Below are positions 26,405-38,962 of a DNA stretch of 64,000 nt, one piece after another. The number at the start of each line of letters is the position of its first letter. Within the stretch, counting starts at the first letter, position 1. The notes under the pieces were generated by a model. The model saw only the letters and a program-made list of their open reading frames with translations. It did no database searches and was not told the DNA's origin. This DNA comes from Octopus sinensis (Eukaryota): positions 21,948,001 to 22,012,000 of the forward strand of contig NC_043017.1 of NCBI RefSeq assembly GCF_006345805.1, read 5' to 3'. The position numbers and the translations under genes were made by a program.

Positions 26405-26598
26405 TACCCATAAGGGGCTAAACACAGAGGGGACAGACAAGGACAAACACATGGATTAAGTCGATTACATCGACCCCAGTGCGTAACTGGAACTTGGTTT
26501 ATCGACTCCGAAAGGATGAAAGGCAAAGTTGACCTCGGCGGAATTTGAACTCAGAACATATGCATTTCGTCCGGCGTGCTAATGTTTCTGCCAGCTAA
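26405..26598 (-). mobile_element. SINE family C, full length (tail type 1)
   Basis: attacccataaggggctaaacacagaggggacagac...gaatttgaactcag...tgccagcta. Confidence 0.88.
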
Positions 26599-26894
26599 CA
26601 CCCTGGTAAATGTGCTTGAGACATTTAGAAGGCTAATCCCAGAAGGCAATGGCTCAGACATTGCAAACCATAAAGTGAGTTAAAATGGGTGAGCTCTTCC
26701 TCTGGACATGTTGACTTCATCTAAAGCTAAACCTAAAATCACAAAACTTAAATGCTACATTACATGAACTCACTCACATGTAGCATCGTTAGGCAAGCAA
26801 CTATAAGGAGCTTGCTAAATTATTCCCCCTTGCTATAAAATCTTAATATGAAGTCATTTTTTTTTTTTTGCAGCCTAACATTTAAAAGCATATT

Positions 26895-27095
26895 TATTTA
26901 ACATCTGCTTTCCATGTCGGCATGGGTTAGACGGCTTGACTGGAACTGATATGCCAGAGTGCTGAACCAGGTTCCAGTCTGATTTGGCATGGTTTCTACA
27001 GCTGGATGCCCTTCCTAATGCCAACCACTCTGAGAGTGTAATGGGTACTTTTTATGTTCCGCTGGCACAGGTGCCATTTACATGACACTGGTAAC
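26895..27095 (-). mobile_element. Repeat family B
   Basis: ttaacatctgctttccatgtcggcatggg...ggatgcccttcctaatgccaaccactctgagagtg. Confidence 0.8.
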
Positions 27096-27626
27096 GGCTC
27101 CTTATTTATCACAATTTAATTACAAGTAAAGAAAAGAAACAAAAAAAAAAGAGGAAGAATAAGCAGCAGCATTTGGAGGAGAAAGAGCAACAGGCTGCAC
27201 ACCCTGAATAAATGGCTTGTCCAGCCGTGTCCCTTGGAAGATGACCATGATGGCAATGCAGCAGAGAATGGCTGGCAACAATTATTGCAACAGACACTCC
27301 ACTTCATGGAGCTCAGATCTCAGACAGGACCCTGTTTTCCTGATTTTGCAGAGGAAAATGATATTGTGGGGTCCAAGAATACTTGAGGCCTTGATTGCAA
27401 CTGGCACAAACTAATAGCAGCTGGTCAGGCCCCTGTATTTATTTATTTTCCTTTCCTCTGTGTTACAGGCAGCAACCCAGGTTTGTGGCGAAAGCAATCA
27501 GATTGGACCCAGAGAACATGTCATTTCACATTGCATCCTAGTTTAGGGATCTACCTCTCTTGTGTGGGGAAAAAAGCTATTCTGCCGGGGCACTTTATTA
27601 ATTTAAACTTTTAATCTCTTCTACAG

Positions 27627-28026
27627 GCGCAGGAGTGGCTGTGTGGTAAGTAGCTTGCTAACCAACCACATGGTTCCGGGTTCAGTCCCACTGCGTGGCA
27701 TCTTGGGCAAGTGTCTTCTGCTATAGCCCCGGGCCGACCAATGCCTTGTGAGTGGATTTGGTAGATGGAAACTGAAAGAAGCCTGTCGTATATATGTATA
27801 TATATGTGTATGTGTGTGTGTTTGTGCATCTGTGTTTGTTCCCCTAGCATTGCTTGACAACTGATGCTGGTGTGTTTACGTCCTCATCACTTAGCGGTTC
27901 GGCAAAAAGAGACCGACAAAATAAGTACTGGGCTTACAAAAAGAATAAGTCCCGGGGTCGAGTTGCTCGACTAAAGGCGGTGCTCCAGCATGGCCGCAGT
28001 CAAATGACTGAAACAAGTAAAAGAGT
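27627..28026 (+). mobile_element. SINE family A, full-length young copy
   Basis: Near-consensus head, microsatellite core and tail, with CpGs retained. Confidence 0.95.
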
Positions 28027-28431
28027 ACAGTTCAGCCTAACAACATACGTTTAAAATTAAAGAGGAAAACTACAATATTTCGTATCTGTTTAAAAATTCC
28101 AATTAGTTATCATTTCATAACGATGGTTAGCATTATGGTGTCTAAAACTTATTAGTAATAATTTAATTGTTTCAATTGATCTTATTCACGAAAAATATAA
28201 TAATTAAGCAGAATTATAGCATGACGAGTTTAATGCATGAAAATAGAAACACTGAACAGTTAAACCTATTAATTAACATTTGATAAAAATTAAGCTTTGC
28301 CCATCTACCATTACCTTCCAATTTAATTATATTAATCTGGTTTATTTGAAGTGTTTTGGATTTCAGAAGCATTAAAAGTATTTGATCATCCTCGAACACA
28401 GAGTCATTTATAAAAGTTTAACTTAAGTATA

Positions 28432-28445
28432 GTTTCCATGGCAAC
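28432..28445. promoter_or_regulatory. RFX X-box-like palindrome
   Basis: GTTTCCATGGCAAC matches GTTNCCATGGNAAC and lies in unique sequence. Confidence 0.4.
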
Positions 28446-28595
28446 AGATAAATTGTGTGCAGAATCACTGAATTGGAATTGATAACTTGTAAGTATTTAA
28501 TCTAAAATGCAATGAAACTTTAAAGTATTCCGTATATGGGATCGGCCTTAAATACCCAGGTATTTAAAAAGTTTGAAGGTAGTATAGTACTGCAA

Positions 28596-29215
28596 AGGTG
28601 GTGAGCTGGCAGAATTGTTAGCAGGTTGGGAAAGGGTTAAAGGTGTTACTTCTGGTTCTTTATGTTCTGAGTTCAAATCCTGCTCAGGTCGACTTTACCT
28701 TTCATCCTTTCAGAGTTCATAAAAAAAAAGTACCAGTCATATACTGGGGTTGCCATAATTTATTTGTCCCTTTCCCTCATAAACTGCCGGCCTTGAATCC
28801 TGCAACCGACTAGCATTCCACTGAAGGGAATTGTTGTAATTACATGCATGGAAAACAGGTAACCAGCATTATGAGACCAAGGTGTGTGTGTGTGAGAGAG
28901 ACCATCATCATCAACATTTAACATCCATTTTCCATGCTGGATAAATTGGATGGGTTTACCAGATCTGGTTCAGCCAGAGACCACACCAATCTCCATTGTT
29001 TTGGCTTGGTTTCTATGGCTGAATGCCCTTCCTAATGCCAATCACTCTACGGAGTGCACTGGGTACTTTTTATATGGCACCAGCACTGGTATAAGTTCTC
29101 AAGCATGGCATATCACATAAGATCTTGGTCACTTGTCATCATGCCAGTAAGGCCCAACATTCGAAGTGTGCTTTTTAAATGCCACTGACACAGGTGCCAG
29201 TTATGTGACATATGC
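28596..29215. mobile_element. SINE C (+, 28596-28800) and family B (-, 28905-29215)
   Basis: Diagnostic head/core motifs of both families. Confidence 0.75.
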
Positions 29216-29238
29216 ATAAAAGTATGTATGCATCTGCA

Positions 29239-29278
<40 letters not shown>

Positions 29279-29280
<2 letters not shown>

Positions 29281-29470
29281 GAGAATTCACAAAAAACTAA
29301 AGATGAAGATGGGGGTGTAAACAAAACAAACAGATATATTAGTTTAACACTTGGGAAGTGAGAAAGTCTTTTACATTTCGAGCCTAAGCTCTTTGACAGA
29401 AAGGAACACAGAAATAAACTGGGTGAGAAAATAGAAAAAGGTTTAGTGGCTAGTGATCTATCATGGCGAA
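29279..29470 (-). mobile_element. Solo Penelope-type terminal repeat in a (TA)n tract
   Basis: Reverse complement of 24845-25033; (TA)n on both sides. Confidence 0.8.
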
Positions 29471-29594
29471 TATATATATATATATATAAATATATACATA
29501 TTCATCATTTAGTTAGTGGTACATAGATTCACAACTGCAGCTCTAGAGACTTTTGATACACATCTATGATATATTAAAACAGATACCGTTGTTA

Positions 29595-29674
29595 CAAATG
29601 GCTGCGTTCTTTTCTGAAATCTGAAATCCCAAACTTCAATTGGCAGAAACTTAATTCAAATGGCAGCCAATCAG
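29595..29674 (+). promoter_or_regulatory. Possible promoter motif cluster (two YY1-like sites, two CCAAT boxes)
   Basis: CAAATGGCTGCG 29595, ATTGG 29639, CAAATGGCAGCCAATCAG 29657-29674. Confidence 0.25.
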
Positions 29675-30322
29675 AAAAGGTAAAAAGAGAAAAAGGGAAA
29701 AATGTAACAATCACTATCTGATGTTTGGTGGTTAGCTTTACATTATATTGGAGAGCTTTCAGATCAATATAATATGCCCAGCCAGTCTAGTAAAAGACCT
29801 TAGAAAGCCATAGAAACTGTACTTTTTCATGAGATAATCAAATATAAAGAGCAAAGTGATTTATGTTGGAAGCTGTGTATATGCCTCTTGCCTCACTACA
29901 TAATCCAGTTCCGAGTGACAGGGTAGGTTTGGAGAATACATGATCTTCAATATCCGTTTTATATTTCCTTATTTTTAGTTTTGCACTTTGAGTTAATATT
30001 TTTCTTTTTTTGGTCTTTTTTGATTTTGCCCAGTCAAAACATATCTGATTTGAGCAGATGAGCTTATATATATATTATATATTTTTTTTTTTGTCATTAT
30101 GCCGTGAGGATTTCCAATGATATTTCAGAGTATTTCGACTTATTTTTGTGACAATATCTGTCAGGTCATGGAAATTTTCTCGATATATTTTCCGAAGGGA
30201 ACTAACGCATAAACCTCTTCCTCATCCCAGTAGTTATATCATCTGTCAACAACTATATCCGTCTTCAAACGACGGTTTCTGCATGACGTTAGTATTTGAC
30301 TTGCACAGATTCACACACACAC

Positions 30323-30357
<35 letters not shown>

Positions 30358-30367
30358 ATATATATAT

Positions 30368-30400
<33 letters not shown>

Positions 30401-30473
30401 GTAATATATATATATATATATATCTATATATATATATGTATATATGTATATATAATATATATGTATATATATG

Positions 30474-30504
<31 letters not shown>

Positions 30505-30550
30505 GTATATATGTATATATATATTATATATATATATATGTATATATATA

Positions 30551-30585
<35 letters not shown>

Positions 30586-30849
30586 TATGCACACATATAT
30601 GCATACACACATACTTTCATATGGTGTACGATTATAAATACAAACACACACACACACACATATATATATATTTGCACAAATATAACCACACCTGAACAAA
30701 CAGAGTTGCACTTACACATATATCGAATATGTGTAACAATACTACTTTTGAAAGGAAAATACATACACAAATTTATGCATGAATAGACACACAGAGCAAA
30801 GAGGCATCTTCATTTGTATCCGCACTCATACACATACAGATAACTTTGA

Positions 30850-30889
<40 letters not shown>

Positions 30890-31207
30890 GTATGTATATA
30901 TACAGAGACACACACTTGTATGTATATATGCTACTACTTTCATTTGAATTCATTTATTTTAACCACAAATCTACGTATATATATGTATATATATATGCAT
31001 ATATATATATACACATGTAAACAAATATTTACAGTGAGTCAAATAACTATAAGAACATACTTATTCAAACACATACACACACACACATGCACACACATAC
31101 ACACACACACACTCACACACACTCATACACACAAACTGATATATATGTGTATGTTTACATGATTATGTATATATGTGTATCTGTACATATATATGTGTGT
31201 GCGTGCC

Positions 31208-31240
<33 letters not shown>

Positions 31241-31257
31241 CTGTGTCTGTGTATATA

Positions 31258-31770
31258 CAGGGTGGAGCAGAGAGGATGGACATTTTTGAAAAATTCACAA
31301 AATCATTAATTTTCGCCGCAAACAAATTTTATTGACATCCCTGTGTTCGTATTAAATTAGTATTTGTCAAAACCAAGTGTGAAAAGCAACATCCATCATG
31401 TGGAGCCCGTTTCCATAGATACATTTCTGGAGGCCTTCTTGGAAGTTGGCCTCAACTCTCTCCAGCATTGTTCTGTCAATTTGGGCAACTTCCACACAAA
31501 TAACTTCCTTCAAATCGTCCAATGTACAGGGCTTATGTGCATACACACGTGCCTTGAGGTTCCCCACAAGATATAGTCATACATGGACAAATCAGGGGAA
31601 CAAGGGGGCCAAGGAATGTCAGCAAATCTGGAAATGAGGCAGTCACGAAAGAGAGGGTGAAGAACGTCTGTTGAGGCTCTGGCTGCGTGGACCGTCAACC
31701 CCATTCTGCTGAAACCAAACACGTCAAATAGGCATACGTTATCGTCGTGATTCAGGCACAAAGAAGTTGT
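31258..31770 (-). pseudogene. 3' part of a Tc1/mariner-superfamily transposon with DD41D spacing
   Basis: WFQQ(N)G...ISRFADIPWPPCSPDLSMYD..WG, LKARVYAHKPCTLDDLKEVI; 41 residues between D2 and D3 allowing one frameshift; terminus TA|CAGGGTG at 31258. Confidence 0.85.
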
Positions 31771-31790
31771 TTATCATCTCAATATATATT

Positions 31791-31838
<48 letters not shown>

Positions 31839-31890
31839 CACACATGTATATACACAGCCACATTTACTCACTTTTTATTTATACACACCT

Positions 31891-32127
31891 ATTTCTTTAC
31901 TACCCACAAGGGGCTAAACACAGAGGGGACAAACAAGAACAGACAAACAGATTAAGTCGATTATATCGACCCCAGTGCATAACTGGTACTTATTTAATCG
32001 ACCCTGAAAGGATGAAAGGCAAAGTCGACCTTGGCGGAATTTGAACTCAGAACGTAGCCACAGATGAAATACCGCAAAGCATTTCACCCAGCGTTCTAAC
32101 ATTACTGCCAGCTCACCGCCTTATATG

Positions 32128-32161
<34 letters not shown>

Positions 32162-33026
32162 TATATTTTATATATATACACCACTGGACATATGCATCTT
32201 GTGGTGGTGAAACACTATAAGAATACACATAATCTACATCTGTACACACTGTCATATACATACACACATACATCCTCACTAAGCACAGATTACATATATA
32301 TTCAAGAAAACATCTACACAAAGTTCTTCAATGGAAATCTTCAAATTGCCAAAGAGATGAAATTTCAATAATTTTCATAATCTATATTTGATCGACAATC
32401 AGAGATTAACTATTTCTCGGTCTCTCTCTCCCCCACTATAACGGCTGCCTGTAATTGAATCACACCAGAAATTTATGGCAGACACTTCAGTTAAGACTAC
32501 AAATTCAATAGAAATACGAAAGATGTTGCTATGATAGCAAGCTGAAAGGAAAAAATATTAAAACCTACAGACTCACAAGATAAATAATTGGTGCCACTCA
32601 CATCTGACAACACTGCTATTACCACAATAATAATATATTTCTTTACTAACCACAAGGAGCTAAATACAGAGGGGACAAACAAGGACAGACAAACGGATTA
32701 AGTCGATTACATCGACCCCAGTGCGTAACTGGTACTTAATCTATCGACCCCGAAAGGATGAAAGGCAAAGTCCACCTCGGCGGACTTTGAACTCAGAATG
32801 TAACGACAGATGAAATACAGCTACGCATTTCACCTGGCGCACTAACGTTTCTGCCAGCTCGCCGCCTAAAATAATAAATAATAATAATAATGGTTTCAAA
32901 TTTTGCCACAAGGGCAGCATTTTTGGGGGAGGGGATGAGTCGATTACATCGATCCCAGTATTCAACTGGTACTTAATTTATCAACCCCTGAAAAGATGAA
33001 AGGCAAAGCTGACCTCAGCAGAATTT
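31891..33026 (-). mobile_element. Three SINE family C copies (31891-32122, 32638-32866, 32895-33026)
   Basis: Near-consensus C head/core; two have tail type 1 and one has tail type 2. Confidence 0.9.
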
Positions 33027-33760
33027 GTAATTTTTGTCATGGACAGGAGTTTGGAACAAAGGCCAATGTGAAATTTTGCGTTAAATTTTGGAAGTCCGCT
33101 ACAGAGTCATTGGGCATGTTTCAGCAAGCTTACAGCAATGAGGAAATGGTTTGTAAGGAATTTTTTTGAATGCCACGGGCACTTCAAAAGTGGAAGAATA
33201 TCCCTGAAAGACCTGCCATGAATGTCACCCCTGAAAATGTAGTATTGCGCATTGAGGATTCATCCCCCAGGGCCTGATCATAAATTGGGAGCCCTACTGC
33301 ATCGCTTTGAAGTGTTTCAGGGAGAACATTTGGCAGAAGTGACTGAATCTGTGGCATGCAAAGAATTGGATTCTTCACAACAATAATGCATCTTGCCACT
33401 GAACTCTCCCCACTCACGAATTTCCCACCAAAAACAACATGGTATCACTTTCCCAGCCACCCTGTTTTGCCGAATGTAGCACCAGTAGACTTTCATCTCT
33501 ACCCCAAGATGAAAATACAGTTCAATGGTTGCTGTTTTAATACCACTGTTGAAATCCTGAGTGAATCACAGAAGGTCCTCAACATGCTAGCAGAAAACAA
33601 TATTTCCAGGCTGGATTCCAAAAGTGGCAGGAATGCTGAGACCATTTCTATTGCTGTGCAAGGTGACTATTCCAGAAGAGATGATGATAAAACTAAGGAG
33701 GTAAATAAGTTATTTTTTATTAATTAAACTAGTCTGGAAACCTTTTGATATCACCTCGTA
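33026..33760 (+). pseudogene. Internally deleted mariner element with right TIR
   Basis: MDRSLEQ..NVKFCVKFWKSATES (HTH), WILHNNNA, APVDFHLYPKMK, VQGDY; ends ttttgatatcacctcg|TA. Confidence 0.88.
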
Positions 33761-33857
33761 TGTCTTCATACTCTGTATTCTACATAAAATCCATTAAAGT
33801 GATTTACCAATCAAAAGGGGTAGGACTGTGATTGTTTATTCCAAACAGATCAAGATC

Positions 33858-33972
33858 AAGACTGGAGCTTGGTGCAGCCATCTGGTTCGCCAGCCCACAG
33901 TCAAACTGTCCAACCCATGCTAGCATGGAAAGCGGACGTTAAATGACGATGATGATGATGATGATGATGATG
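33858..33972 (+). mobile_element. Family B 3' end with (GAT)n tail
   Basis: gtcaaactgtccaacccatgctagcatggaaagcggacgttaaatgacgatgatgat. Confidence 0.85.
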
Positions 33973-34166
33973 AAGTCTAAATGTTTTCTATCATTCAATG
34001 CGATTAGTCAAGTTTGAATTTTATGAGAGTGCTTGTAACGTACCTGCGTGCATTTAAAATCCTTATTCCTTTCAGTTATACAGATTTATGCACATACACA
34101 CACACACACACATGCTTGTGCATGCACACACACATGCGTACACACACATATATTTACATATTGAGG

Positions 34167-34480
34167 GTGAGGGCGCATGACTTAGTGGTTAGGGCATTCG
34201 GCTCATGATCGTAAGGTTGTGAGTTTGATTCCCGGCGACGCGTTGTGTCCTTGAGCAAGACACTTTATTTCACGTTGCTCCAGTGCACTCAGCTGGCAAA
34301 AATGAGTTGTACCTGTATTTCAAAGGGTCAGCCTTGTCACTCTCTGTGTCACGCTGATTATCCCCGAGAACTACGTTAAGGGTACACGTGTCTGTGGAAT
34401 GCTCAGCCATTTGCACGTTAATTTCACGAGCAAGCTGTATCAGCTGGGACCCTCGTCGTCGTAACCGGCGGAGTCTTTTT
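34167..34480 (+). mobile_element. SINE family D with 14 bp target-site duplication
   Basis: tttacatattgagg at 34153-34166 and 34481-34494. Confidence 0.92.
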
Positions 34481-34561
34481 TTTACATATTGAGGAGCACA
34501 CACTCATGATGAGTGTCTGTGTAGTTTCCATCAATCAAATTCTACTCACAATGCATTAGTC

Positions 34562-35062
34562 AGCATCATCATCATTTAGCATCTGTTTTCCATACTGGTA
34601 TGGGTTGGATGGCTTGACATGAGCTTGCAAGGCCAGGGTCACACTAGGCTCACACTAAGCTCCATGGTCTATCTGGACTTGGTGTCTACAGTTTGATGCT
34701 CTTCCTAATGCCAACCACTTTAGAGAGTGCACTGGGTGCTTTTTACATGTTACCAACACCAATGTTTGTTACATGGTACCAGCAACAGAACTTTTGTCGT
34801 GGTACCAGCACCAGTACTTTTTTCGTGGTACCAGCACCACTGCTTTTTACATGGTACCAGCACCAGTGCTTTTTTCAAGGTACCAGCACAAGTGCTTTAT
34901 AAATGGTACCAGCACCAGTGCTTTTTCAAGGTACCAGCACCAGTGCTTTTTACATAGTACCAACACCAGTAGTTTTTAAAGGTACCAGCACAAGTGCATT
35001 ATAAATGGTGCCAGCACCAGTGCTTTTTACATGGTACCAGCACCAGTAATTTTTACATGCCA
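34562..35062 (-). repeat. Family B copy with an internal ~26 bp minisatellite (about 11 units)
   Basis: Unit ggtaccagcaccagtgctttttacat repeated at ~34780-35062, directly after the family B gagagtgcactgggtgctttttacatg motif. Confidence 0.85.
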
Positions 35063-35415
35063 ACCAAAGCAATACAAGAAAAAACACATTTGAAAGGTAC
35101 AGCAGAGGAGAACGGAACCCACAAAACATGGTTGTGATAACAAAGATAAACGGAGACAGATACAAGCAGAAAGATTTATTAAAGTTGAACTTTATGTCCC
35201 AACTTATATATTTCAGGAAAATAAGGAAAAAATCTCAATCAATAAATATTTCAACACTTTCTCTCTCTAACAATAGGTTCTGACTGCAATTTTAAATTTC
35301 TCTTCTTAGTAAAACCATTCTTTCGCTTTGCAAATGTTTTCTATTTAGTATTTGCTGTCACAGACCATCACGTGTTTCCTTGTAGTCTACTGTCTCACAA
35401 TAATAATTTCCAGCA

Positions 35416-36209
35416 TTGGCACAAAGCCATAAAGTTCATAAGTAAGAGACAGACTTGATTGAATTGAGATTTTCTACAATACATTTGATATTTATTTTCA
35501 CTGATTGCAGAGAGATGGAAGTTAGACTCCAACCCCAGTAGGACTTAAACTTAGAATCAGTAATATATCTGTGTATACATGAAGGAAATTGTGTGTAAGA
35601 AAGCGACACAGACAAACAGACAGACAAACTGATAAACACTAGGGATAGTATGGAAGGATGGAAGGGTAATAATTCGGGCAACTATGCGGTGCATTGCAAA
35701 AGAAATTCAAAACTTTTTTTTTTTAAGAGAGACAATTATAACTGTCCTAGCATTTTGTAGTTTTAGCATTTCATTACTATGTATAAGCTGACCTGCTAAC
35801 TTTTATTTATTCCAGATTGAAGGAGGAGGTTGTTGGCACAAAGACATAAAGTTTATAAGTAAGAGTCAGACTTGATTGAACTAAGATTTTCTACCATATA
35901 TTTGATGTTTATTTTCCTGACCCCAGTAAGATGGAAATTAAGCACCAACCCCAGCAGGACTTAAGCATAGAATCAGGAATATACCACTGTATGCATGTAT
36001 AAAATTGTGTGTAAAAGAGAGACAAATACAGACAGACAGGATAGTAAGGAAGGCTGGAAGGGGAATAATTAGTTTCCATGTATGGGAGTCAGGGAAACTA
36101 TGAGGTGCAGTGGAGAAAACCTGGGACTTGTTTTTTTAGGAGAGACAGTCGTAATGCCCTAGCTTATTGCAATTTTATCATATCATTACTATGCACTTGA
36201 TAAGCTGAC
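35416..36209. repeat. Old diverged tandem duplication, ~417 bp unit
   Basis: ttggcacaaagccataaag...taagctgac at 35416-35792 is collinear with 35833-36209. Confidence 0.85.
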
Positions 36210-37044
36210 AGGGCATCTGTGAGTAAAGAACGTGAAGAAGGAAACTATCCACAATCCAGAGACCTGCCCTTAATATTTGTGACAGAATAGATTCCACTGA
36301 AGGTTTCCAAAGTAGTAGGTGGTTGTGTTATAACAGACAACGTGTTAAGACAATCATCCAAATAGGCCAAGGAGGAATTTGAACATACAAAAAAACTAGA
36401 GAAAATGACACAAAATGTCTGGTACTATGTTCTTACAGTTCTGCCAGTCCAACCTTTGGATTGGTAAATTTTTTTTTTTTGATTTCAAATGCCTAAAAGA
36501 TAATGTTGAAACTACACAATATATGGGCTCATTAGATGCTTCTTTCAGTTTCCATCTACCAAATCCACTCACAAGGCTTAGGTTGGCCCAAGACACTTAC
36601 CCAAAGTACCACACAGTGGGACTGAACCCATTACCATGTGGTTGTGAAGTAAGCTTCTAACCACTTACACATGCATCATGAATATGCATGTATGTATATG
36701 CATGTGCATGTGTGTACATACGCATGTATAAGTATATGCTTTGGGTGTGTATGAGTAAGTGCATATTAATGTTGCTATTTTACATGTTTACTTGTCACCA
36801 CATGACCCAAAAATAATGATATAATGTGGACATTATGAGCAGTTGTTTTGCACTTTTCAAAAGCAATAGAATAATGAAAAAGAATTCCTTATTTGAAAAT
36901 CATGTTAGAGGTTGGAGACAGGAAAAGCATCCAGCCCATACAAACATGGAAAAATAGCATTAAACAAACAATGACCATAAACCATACATGCGTGTGTGTA
37001 TGTGTGTGTGTGAGTGCATGCGTGTATAAGTAAGTACATGAATG

Positions 37045-37158
<114 letters not shown>

Positions 37159-37774
37159 GTATACATATGTATAATGTATGTATATATGTGTGTGATGCAG
37201 TTTTTGGTATTGTAAGAGAAGATAATTTATTTTTATTGAACTTAGTATATAAATATACCCTTTGCTAATGTCTTCAATATTCACCAAAAGTGCTATTAAG
37301 AGCCATTAACTTGTCTATTCATGGAAAAATTTACCGTTTCTCTGTATTTTCTTCTCCTTCATAGAGCAGACAAAAGACATAATTTTCTCTAAGAAATGAT
37401 TCTTGTGAGTTGGCAAGGACGACTACGATAACAAGACATGAGAGGAAAAAAAATATAATAAAATAAAATAAAATTAAAAAAGCAAAGCTAAAAGTTTAGC
37501 AATAAACAAAAATGAAATAAGCTTTCAAAGTTTGGAATTTTAGTGTCTTAATGTATTTATGTTTTTGTGTGTGATTTGTCTGACGGTGAGTGAGTGTATG
37601 CGGTTCTAGTCTCAGTTGTTAGCCATGGCTAAATACTTTCACCTTTTTTCATGTATATCATCTCAGTGCTTATGGCTCTGTAGGCTTTGGCTAATCACAC
37701 TTGTCATCATATATGGCAAGGAGCATATTGTCATGTGTGCAGGACTTGGTATCTCTGCAGAACTGGCAGAACGG

Positions 37775-38215
37775 GAATGGCTGTGTGGTAAGTAGCTTGC
37801 TTACCAATCACATGGTTCCGGGTTCAGTCCCACTGCATGGCATCTCGGGCAAGTGTCTTCTACCTTAGCCTCGGGCCAACCAAAAGCCTTGTGAGTGGAT
37901 TTGGTAGATGGAAACTGAAAGAAGCCCATCGACCCAAGGACTTAATCTTTGTAAGCCTAGTACTTGTTCTATTGGTCTCTTTTGCCGAACTGCTAAGTTA
38001 CAGGAACATAAACACACCAGCATCGGTTGTCAAGAGATGCTGGGGAGACAAACACAGACACACAAACATATGCACACACTCACATACAGTTGTGTGTGTG
38101 TGTGCATGCACGCGTGTGTGTGTCCACCATTGCTTGACAACCGATGCTGGTGTGTTTACGTACCTGTAATTTAGCAGTGCGGCAAAAGAGACCAATAGAA
38201 TAAGTACTAGGCTCC
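37775..38215 (+). mobile_element. Rearranged SINE family A with an inverted duplicate of its 3' half
   Basis: 5' half (+), 3' half (-) 37930-38085, 3' half (+) 38090-38215. Confidence 0.88.
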
Positions 38216-38247
38216 AAGTCCTTAGTCACAGCCTCCTTCAGCTAGGG

Positions 38248-38962
38248 CAATGATTCTCAACTGGGGTGCATATGGCCCCTGAGAGTCCATATAAGATTTG
38301 GGTGTGGGGAGGGGCCCATGCAACAAAAGAGTGAATTGGGGATCATCGTTATCGTCATCATCATTTAATGCTTGTCATCCATGCTGACATGGGTTGGACA
38401 GTTTGACCAGGGCTGATAAGCTGAGGGGCTGCACCAGACTGCAGTCAGATTTGTCATGGTTTTCTATAGTTGGATGCCCTTCCTAATGCCAAACACTCTG
38501 AGAGTATAATGGGTGTTTGTATGTGCCACAGGCACAGATGCCATTTGTGTGACACCAGTATCTGCCATGACAGTGATTTTGCTCAGCTTGATGGGTCTTC
38601 TTCTCAAGCACAACATTATGCCAAAGGTCTTGGTCATTGGTACCATGAGGCCCAACACTCGAAAGGAACTCAACCTCTTTGCCTCCACGAGGCCTAATAG
38701 TATATTAAGGGCCCCTGAAAATATTTTGCTTTAGATGTATGTCATGGTATGTATTGCAAGAAACAGCTAGGTTCTTTTCTCTAACATTTTACACAGTTCA
38801 ACCTACACAAGTTAATGTGAGAAAAACGAAATAAGAATTTCGAAAGAAGTCTCTATAAAACTAGATTTTTTTTTTTTAGGCCTTGGATGATTATGGGAGT
38901 CCATCAGAATAAAATAGTAATCAAAGGGGCCCATAGATAAAAAAAAATAGTGGAGAACCCTG
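38248..38962. mobile_element. hAT-like MITE with nested family B insertion (~38343-38695)
   Basis: Ends CAATGATTCTCAAC and GTGGAGAACCCTG resemble CAGGGGTTCTCAAC-type TIRs. Confidence 0.6.

Noticed and set aside
34780-35062. Regular ~26 bp repeats resembling a CRISPR array
   Set aside because: Head-to-tail units with no unique spacers, eukaryotic context, no cas genes.
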